From the human T2T-CHM13v2.0 reference genome, Homo sapiens, in the NCBI RefSeq assembly GCF_009914755.1, contig NC_060945.1: DNA of 64,000 nt; one strand, 5' to 3'. Of the stretch, positions 54,925 through 64,000 are shown in pieces. The position numbers and the translations under genes were made by a program. Position 1 is the first letter of the stretch. The number at the start of each line of letters is the position of its first letter. The notes under the pieces were generated by a model. That model was not told the DNA's origin. It did no database searches and was given only the letters and a program-made list of their open reading frames with translations.

Positions 54925-56531
54925 CCCCAAGCTGCAAGATTACTTTCGGGGCATTTGTCAGTTTTGAGCTGTTCCATCTCTTGAAATACATTACCTTGAC
55001 CAACAGGGCATCATTCTCCCTTTTTATCCTCTTTTCTCCTTCAGGATCCTTTTCAGGATTTTTAAGTCATTCCCTACACATATATCATGGGCTCATCTCA
55101 TTTTACCTTCCATAGTAAGAACTACTTCTGGGGAAAAATAATCTGTTACAGACAGTCGCAATCAAGCAATCTCATGAAGCATGACTGCCAGTGAGTCTAT
55201 GACTTATTCCAAGCCCTGTTAATGAATTCCATTTTGGGTCAGTTTCAGAATTCTGTTGTTTGTGAAAAAAATGAACTAAAAGAAACTCACTTAATATGAG
55301 TGCTCTGTGAGATAACCTGGAAAGTGAGGTGATTGTATAGGAGGGGTCATTTGAGCTGGATTTATGCAGACTTGGGATTCAAGTAGATAGTTTCACTTCC
55401 TGTGTGATACCTTCTCAGAATCCTCTCCTTTAATTTATTCGATTACTGTCTCGTTTACGTTCTCATTGTCTCTGAGCAAGACTGTAGAGACACTGTCTGC
55501 CCTCAGCTCTCTGTCTCTAATATTTCCAAGGGCAGCAGCTCTGTATTGACCATCTCGGTCACTATTTTTATTTGTACTACTCCTGTATCTAAATGTCTTC
55601 ATCACTGTTCCTAGCCTCTTTGAAAAACTCATCCCAGCAAAAGCCCATCATTGACACTCCATTCTAGAGTACAAATTTGTTCTAGCAAAAACTTTCAAAT
55701 AAAATTGATTTCTGTGGTGTTGCCCACATGCAAATGCTTATTCTAAACTGTGGCTTTGAGCATATTTGCGTAGTTGTTTTAGCTTTTGGTGTTGCTATAA
55801 TGTTTGTTCCACTGTGTTTTCACTCACTGAAGAATAATACACATGATCTTTCTTAGGGCTGATTTTTCCTACCTAAAGTATATGTTGAAATTCAATTTCA
55901 TGTTAAACTTTTGGAGTTAATTTTAAGTAAATCTAAAACTGACTTGTGGTGATGGGTGAGATGGGCATCAGGAAGTAGAATAACATCGAAAATTTATCAA
56001 CACAATTAATGTATACCTTTAAGGGCCTAGAATAGTAATATAAAGAGGCGTATTCAGGTTGGTTAATATGATTAATTTTTTTGTATTTCGAAATAGAAAA
56101 GAGATGAGCTCTATATTTTTTTGATTTTTAACTTTGTTCTATTTCATTATTTTCTTAAAGACAGCTGTTCTGGAAGAGGATAGTAATATAAATGTGAAAA
56201 AGTAGCACTATTAATCAGATTATTATATGACTAGAATTTCAAATTTCTGTGCATTAATGGCAGGAATTAGTAACTCTCTTTTCCTTTCAATTATTTATTC
56301 AGAATTACCATTTTGTTTTATGCCCATCACTCTCTATATTTGTTTTAATTATTTTTATAAGCTTATATCCTGTATTTTATGTTTTCTGTATATGATACTG
56401 AGCTTGTTTCAACACATAACAGTAACTTATGCTTTCTTATCTAGTGTTTCTTCTCCCTTTTTTCCATAGAAATTTCTTGACTAAGTTTATTTTTAATTAT
56501 AATTCTTATTTCAGACATAAAACTTTAATTA

Positions 56532-56603
56532 TTAGGTAATTGCAGCTTTTGCCATTACTTTTTAAAAATGGCAAAAAACGCTATTACTTTTGCACCAACC
56601 TAA
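56532..56603 (+). mobile_element. MADE1 with 12-bp deletion in the left TIR
   Basis: TTAGGTAATTGCAGCTTTTGCCATT...AATGGCAAAAAACGCTATTACTTTTGCACCAACCTAA. Confidence 0.9.
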
Positions 56604-58599
56604 TGCTATAATGGAGAATAGTCATTTTAAAAAGTAGCTCAATGTTTCCATATTTTAATCTTTATTTCTCAGGTGAAAGAGTATTAACATTGGAAACCAC
56701 TTTTATGTAAGCCTAATTCCTGCTTTTAGGAGTGAAGTAATATTCTACCAACATTTACATTTTCTTGTACCTTTCCAACCCCATTTCCTTCTGAAAACAT
56801 ACATGAAGATTTCAGTATGTTAATCCTGTTTAAGTCTCTAGGTTAAGATTGCCAAGCACAGTTGGTTTCTTCTCTTTAATGTATCTTTCTTTCTTCATTA
56901 GACTGCAGTCAACAGCTCATTTAATTAACAGGAGTAAGAGACAAAATGCAAATATTTTTAGACCTCTGTAGAAAGACAGAAAAACTCGACACCTTGTCAA
57001 ATCAACGTTAGATTTTTGACGTTAGATAGGATCACCTACTTTTTAAATCTGTGTAGTTACAATAATATCTTTTGAGTTATTGGAATTAGATTTCCCTGAT
57101 GAAGAAAAGCTTGAAAATTGAATTATGATACGAACATTTAGTATGGTTGAATATCATGAGGCTGAGTGAGTATTAAATAGTTTACAGAAGAAAATGTCTG
57201 GTGTTCACTCCATTAATATGGATAAAAATGGAGGAAAATGAAGCATCTGATGTTGCATCAGTATGCAATATCATTAACACCATTTATTCATTAAATATGC
57301 TATATAGCGTACATCAGTTAGGTATTTATATGTCCATTTTTTCATGTCAGAAACAACTTGTGCCACTTAACAAGAGAACTTTTCATGGTTCTGTGTTTCA
57401 TCCTTGATGCCTACATTATTACTTGGTTCTGAACAGCCCTGAATAGCTAACCAATCAAGGTTAATTGAGAAAAAAGATATCACTGGCTTTAGCCTTATCA
57501 TGATTTGATGCTTTAGTCACCTGTGGTTAAGTAACTTAGACACTACCAGCTTGGTCATAATAGAGTGGGCATTCCTGGTTTCATAAAATCACTTCCATGG
57601 GTAACTTTATAATATTATGATAGATGTATGAAATATATTCCTGAAAAAAAGAAATGCCCTTTCCATTACATGCATTTGGCATTGATATGTGCTTTATAAA
57701 GGTCGTTTAAGATTTGGCAGTCCTCTGACATCTCACAATAATTTTCACAATTTTTAGTACAATAGTAAAATGTTCATTCTTCTAAAAATCATTCTTAACT
57801 TGGACTGACTGAATAATTCTTTGTCATTTCTTAAATGTGCATGGAAATTCTGAAGAGTTCTATTGCTCCTCCTCAAATTTTCTGAATTAATTCAATATGA
57901 AGAAATTATATTTCCTTCAGTCATTTTTAAATTAAATTTCTGGCTTCTTGAAGTGGAAGATGGAGGTGGAATGGAGTAGAGGTGTGGTGAGGGGGAAAAT
58001 ACATTTAATTCAACTATTAAGAAGTCACGTTTTGTGGCAAATGGTCACCTGCAGATCTTTTATTAACACCATTTATTTATTTATTTATTTATTTGGTTAC
58101 TCATTCATCAGTCATACTACACACCAGTCATATATTTTGACTGTCTATTTTCAGCACCTATTTGAGATTAAAAAGGTAAATAAGACACGGTCCTTAAGCT
58201 AAAGGAATTCACAGTCAAAAGGACTACGTCCTACCTAGATTAAATTACATTATGCTTTTTACATTGCATTATGCTTTTTAGGAAATTAATGAAAACTTTT
58301 TACTTCTTCCACAATTATTAGCAATCAAATTTTGAAAGCATGAAACTTATGCAGAGCAAGGAATCTTTCAAAATCAAAACTGAAAAGGATGAATTATAGA
58401 ATCTGGAATGAGGTTTTCAAAATGTAGATGGAGCTTATTTGAAAACAGAGACATTTTCATTAGCTTTGTTAAGCAATCTATCCAATGAATAGAATCAAAT
58501 GAGAACCCTTAGATTTTTAATTTAGCCTTTAGTTCCAAAGAAATTTTGTATTTATGACTTACTTTATATAAAAAAGTTTTAAACATAACCAAAAGGCAT

Positions 58600-59600
58600 T
58601 TATGCTTAAAATATTACCAATCCCGTATATAATCTATTATTTAATGTCTTCAATTTTTTCACTTGCTCTCATAATTTTGTTTCTTTTTTTCTGCAGTTTA
58701 TTTTTTTTAGTTAAGTTCCAAAATATGGCCCATGCTTTGCATCTCTTGGATATTCTCTGAAGTCTTTTTAATTTATACACTTCCTCTTCCTTTTTTTTTT
58801 ATCCTTGCAAATTGTTTGCCAAATAAACAGGCTCATTTGATCTGTAGAGTTTTCTTATATTCTGGACTTTGCTGACTGCATCTTGCAAAGTCGTTAATAT
58901 GTGGTGTTTTTGTGTGTTTTCTGAAAATTTCTAGCAAGATATAGATGCTTGCTCAGATTCAGCTCCCCAGTTTGTGATAAGAATCCTCCTCCATAGGTGG
59001 TCATGTGTCTTCTATTGGGAAGTATATAGTGTTAGGTTGTTTCTCTTTTGTGACATTAGGAGCAATTAATAATCATTGTCTAGTTGCGTTATTTTATTAG
59101 AGTTCAACAAGATGGTGATATTTTAATTCAATCATCACTTTTCTTTTAATTAACTGGACTATTTTTATAAAGACAATCTCCCCAAAGTATTAATTTACTC
59201 TAGGTATAACTCGCAAAAGAAAGGCAGTTAAATACTTATTTTTCCTTTATTAATCAGTTAGCAGAAGAGAGAATTGGCTCTAAACCATCTTCCAAATGTG
59301 ATAAACAGCTATTTTCACCTAAATATCATTAGAAACTCACAGACTTTAGCATACCTGATATATTTGAATTTATTGCAGTTTTTATTAAATTGATGCTAAA
59401 TTTGGCAGTGGACCATCATTTGTTTCCTTTTACAAAATCCCAGTAGTCTCTGATAGTTTCTTTGCTTTCTGGTAAAGCAAGATTTTCTAGACATTTGTGT
59501 GCATTTCCTGTCTGAGACCTCGACCAGTTCTTTTCCTGAAAATCTCTGATTTCTTGTATAATGCAAAATGATTATAAAAGACCATGGTCTGAATACTAGT
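58600..59600 (-). mobile_element. L1MC4/5-like 3'UTR relic
   Basis: TTCTGGACTTTGCTGACTGCATC; GCTTGCTCAGATTCAG; AAAGGCAGTTAAATACTT; TTTCTTTGCTTTCTGG. Confidence 0.6.
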
Positions 59601-60819
59601 ACAATTTTTAAGCGTAGACCATTTACTGTGAACATACTGGCAAACATGAATATTTCTGTTTCTTCTTCTACTGCTAGAATATACTTCTCTGTGTGCTTTA
59701 CTATTGACTTGGGATTCAACGGATGGAGTAAAAGGGGTTTTACTGAAGATGACACTTGTCACTTTCAAGAGAGAGCACTTAAGAACGAGTGTAGAATTTT
59801 CCTTGGGCTATTCCAGTGCAAGGAATAGAAACTGTTCAAAATCATAACAGAACGATGAATCTGTCATCAGCTTGAGTGATTACAGAGCTCACAGCCACTC
59901 CCATTGATCCACATTCATCATACTGCACACATGAGAGTTAACCCTTTGTCTTTGAAGCCTCTGAAAAATTTGTATAATATACTACCAAAATATAATTCTG
60001 ACTGGTGTAACATTTTGTTTTTACACAAAAATGAATGCTATTTCAACTTTCTGCCTTACCTTCAATCCACAGTCTAAAACTGGTGAATACAGCTAAACTT
60101 CTATACCTCACTAAAGGCAGTTCATTCTCTTTTAGAACTTTCAGGTTATTTATACTTCTTCTGACATATGGTTTTTTAAATTGTAATATAATGACTCTAA
60201 GTGCTGATCACCTTGTAAACATACCTCTGGATTGTTTTCAGTAAGTCCTGATTTGAATCGCTTTGTCCTGGTGCTAGTCTATGAGACATATTAGTTTCAC
60301 TGATTTTGTTTAAGTGCAAATGTATATATTCTGTCACGTACATATTCTGTAAATTATATTGTGTTGATGATTTGACTAAATAATTCCATTTTTTTGGACT
60401 ATGGAGATATAATGTTATGTCATAGAATATTTTCAATGTAGGTCATTGTAGCAATAAACTTACTTTGTTCTGGAAAATATTTTGGTGATGCATAAGAATT
60501 TCAGGCTCCAGGATATCTACTACTCCTGCTACATGACTACATATAATAAAGCCCTCTTCTCTGTGACAGAGTCAACATATAAGATAATGCTGGCACAGGC
60601 CAGGTACTTACTGGATATTTATTACATGAAAGAATAATTGTGGCTGCTATAGCTGGATCTTCTTTGAGCTCTTAGTTGATTTCTTTTGTCAGGAAAAATA
60701 GATTCATAATGTTAATATTTTATATACATTTACTTGAAAATTTCTGTTAGAGTCAGAATAAGTGCAAAAAATTGTGCTTGATTTATACTTTTTTTTGAAA
60801 GTATAGTAGGGTGCTACTG

Positions 60820-61257
60820 GTGTTCCACCTAGATCCCCTTCACAGGCTAGTATGCACATCCCCCCACTGCTAGAAGTGTTGGCTGCATATCCCCCAAATT
60901 TAACCCCTTTCCCACATGGGAAGTGCTTGGTAAATAGTTATACTCCAATGCCACCACCATGCAAATGACTGCCCATAGTAAATGACTTACTGATATGGGG
61001 TACAAAGGCCAACCCCCTTGCCTCAAGGTGGGCCAACTCTGTGGTGTGATTTTTCTCCAGAGCACCCTGTGAATCAGGCCAAGGTTAAACTTCACCTGAG
61101 ACCTCATCCTTGCTCAGCTCTTTGTCTTCCTTATATTGTTTCTCTCACTCCCTTATGTTTTTTTTTTCCTTTTCATGATGAGCAATCCATCAATACAACA
61201 TATGTATCCAAAAATTCCTGTTTTAGGCTCTGTTTCTAGAACATCTGATCTAAAACA
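60820..61257 (+). mobile_element. LTR16-family ERVL LTR
   Basis: CCCCTTGCCTCAAGGTGGGCCAACTCTGTGGTG; ends AGGCTCTGTTTCTAGAACATCTGATCTAAAACA. Confidence 0.8.
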
Positions 61258-64000
61258 GCTGGTTCAAGGAGTGGCCTTAAAAAGCAGTCTCAAAGGATAG
61301 ATTTTGGAGTTGAATTTATCACTGGCTACATGACAGTGAGTACCACATTGCTGAAGGTAGGTGGAGAATCTGTGAATCACAGTTCCCTGGAATCCTGCAG
61401 CAATTAAATTGTTAAGATTTTTCATTCACAATGAACTGAGTGTATAAGTCTGTTCTCACACTGCTAATAAAGACATACCCAATACTGGGTAATTTATAAA
61501 AGAAAGAGATTTAATTGACTCACAGTTCCACGTGGCTGGGGAGGCCTTACAATCAGGATGGAAGGTGAATAAGGAGCAAAGTCACGTCTTATATGGTGGC
61601 AGGCAAGAGAGCTTATGCAGGGGAACTCTCATGTATGAAACCATCAGATCTTGTGGGACTTATTTACTACCACAATAACGGTACGGGGGAAAGTGCCCCC
61701 ATGATTCAATTTCTCCACATGGCCCTGCCCTTGACACATGGGGATTATTACAATTCAAGATGAGATTTCAGTGGGGACACAACCAAACCATAATATTCCA
61801 CCCCTGGCCCCTCCCAAATGTCATGTCCTCACATTTCAAAACCAATCACACTTTCCCACCTGTCCTCCAAAGTCTTAACTCCTTTCAGTATTAGCTCAAA
61901 AGTCCACATCCAAAGTCTCATCTGAGACAAGGTAAGTCCCTTCCTCTTATGAGCCTGTAAAATCAAAAGCAAGTTAGTTACTTTCTAGATGCAATGAGGG
62001 TACAGGCATTGGGTAAATACACCTGTTCCAAATGGGAGAAATTGGCCAAAACAGAGGGTCTACAGGCCCCATGCAAGTCCAAAATCCAACAGGGAAGTCA
62101 AATCTTAAAGCTCCAAAATGACCCCCTTTGACCCCATGTCTCACATCCAGGTCATGCTGATGCAAGAGGTAGGCTCCCAAGGCCTTGGGCAGCTCTGCCT
62201 CTGTGGCTTTGGAGGGTACAGCCCTTTTCCTGGCTAGTTTCATGGGCTGGCATCAAGTGTTTGCAGGTTTTTCCAGGCTCAAGGTACAAGCTGTTGGTGG
62301 ATCTACAATTCTGGGATCTGGAGGATGGTGGCCTTCTTCTTACAATTCCACAAGGCGGTGCCCCAGTGGGGACTCTGTGTTGGGGCTCCAACCCCACATT
62401 TCCCTTCCACACTGCCTTAGCAGAGGTTCTGCAAGAGGGTTCTGCCCTTGCAGCAAACTTCAGCCTGGATATCCAGGAGTTTCCATATGTCTTCTGAAAT
62501 CTAGGCAGAGGTTCCCAAATCTCAATTCTTGATTTCTGGGCACCCACAGGCTCTTGCATCCTCTGAAGCAATGTGCTGAACTCTATATTGGCCCATTTTA
62601 GACACTGCTGGAGCTGAAGCATCTGGCATACAGCGCACCATATCCTGAGGCTGCATAGAGTAGGAGGGCCTTGGGCCTGGCCCAGGAAACCATTTTTCAC
62701 CCCTAGACCTCCAGGCATTTGATGGAAGAGGCTGCTGCAAAGGTCTCTGACATGCCCTGGAGACATTTTCCCCATTGTCTTGGGGATTAACATTTGGCTC
62801 CTCGTTACTTACGCAAATCTTTGCAGCAAGCTTGAATTTCTCTCCAGAAAATGGGATTTTTTTTCTACCTCATGGTCAGGCTGCAAATTTTCCAAACTTT
62901 TACACTCTGCTTCTTCTTGAAAGCTTTGCCGCTTAGAAATTTCTTCCCCCAATACCCTAAATCATCTCTCTCAAGTTCAAAGTTCCACAGATCTCTAGGG
63001 CAGGGGCAAAATGCTGCCAGTCTCTTTGCATAGCAAGAGTGTCCTTTACTCCAGTTCCCAGCAAGTTTCTTATCTCCATCTGAGTCCACTTCGGCCTGGA
63101 TTTCATTTTACATATCACTATCAGCATTTTGGTCATAGACATTCAACAAGTCTCTAGGAAGTTCCAAACTTTCCCACATCTTCCTGTCTTCTGAACCCTC
63201 CAAGTATCTAGAAAGTTCCAAACTTTTCCACAGTTTTCCATTTTTTTTTTCTGAGCCCTCCAAACTGTTCCAACCTCTGTCACCCATTTTCAAAGTCACT
63301 TTCACATTTTTGGGTATCTTTACAGCTGCACCCCACTCTACTGGTACCAATTTACTGTATTAGTCTCTTCTCATGCTGCTAATAAGGACATACCCGAGAC
63401 TGGGTAATGTATAAAGGAAAGAGGTTTAAGTGATTCACAGTTCCACATGGCTGGGGAGGCCTCACATTCATGGCAGAAGGCGAATGAGGAGCAAAGTCAC
63501 ATCTTACGTGGATGCAGACAACAGAGCTTGTGCAGGGAGACTCCTATTTATAAAACCATCAGATCCTGTGAGACTTCTTCACAACCACAGGAAGAGTATG
63601 AGCAAAATTGCCCCCATGATTCAGTTATCTCCACCTGGCCCTGCCCTTGACATGTAGAGATTATTACAATTCAAGGTGAGATTTGGGTGGGGACACAGGC
63701 AAACCATATCACTGAGATAAAATGCAGGTGGAAAAGAGGCACTGGCTTGGGCAATATGTGGTGTTTGAGAGATAGAGGGAAATGGTAACTAGAAGACTAA
63801 GATATTGAGTATTGTTCATGATTTGAGAAGTGAAAATAACTGGCCCTAAGGAGATCAAACACAAATTCAGAAAGACATGTGAATGTCAGAGTCTCACTGG
63901 CAGTACTTTAAAAGCCTGAGAAATGACCAATTTAAAAACTAGGTTTATTGCCTAATGATAAGAGTAGAACTTAAGAGATAACTGAATAATCAGATTATCA
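61258..64000 (+). mobile_element. ERVL internal region following LTR16 (ERV3-16A3-like), interrupted by THE1
   Basis: GCTGGTTCAAGGAGTGGCCTTAAAAAGCAG directly after the LTR; non-THE1 sequence resumes at 63712. Confidence 0.5.
61441..63711 (-). mobile_element. Full-length THE1 (THE1C-like) MaLR provirus: 3' LTR 61441-61795, internal 61796-63355, 5' LTR 63356-63711
   Basis: Two ~355-bp direct LTRs, ~1.56-kb internal region with gag-like ORF relics (62152-63350, minus strand), perfect TSD CTGAG at 61436-61440 and 63712-63716. Confidence 0.95.

Noticed and set aside
62152-62793. 213-aa ORF
   Set aside because: Frameshifted THE1 internal sequence common to many copies; not a host gene
63145-63265. 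Duplicated ~55-bp unit in the THE1 internal region (LEGSE...LEL repeat)
   Set aside because: The copies are diverged and I recall this duplication in other THE1 copies, so it is probably a subfamily feature; needs checking against the consensus

Overview
AT-rich, CpG-poor primate (human-like) non-coding DNA, either a gene desert or a large intron. I find no protein-coding exon, RNA gene or CpG island. The recognisable ORFs in the supplied track are read-throughs of Alu, L1, MaLR or simple repeats, and the rest look like chance frames. Much of the window is recognisable transposon sequence: a near-full-length decayed L1PA16/17, a young L1PA2-type 3' fragment with an odd multi-part tail, about 17 Alu/Alu-monomer copies, a complete THE1 provirus with 5-bp TSD, an old LTR-int-LTR MLT1 relic carrying four nested insertions, MLT2/MLT1/LTR16/MER76 LTRs, hAT and TcMar MITEs, L2 and MIR. 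Subfamily calls come from remembered consensus sequences and need RepeatMasker/Dfam confirmation. I see no evidence of a new multi-gene system. The best leads are a possible serial L1 3' transduction (8.5-8.9 kb), a duplication-inversion template-switch scar forming a ~30-bp hairpin (36.7 kb), a MEF2/E-box/AP-1 cluster (24.0 kb), a five-unit heat-shock element (12.8 kb) and a DUX4 motif retained in the THE1 5' LTR.
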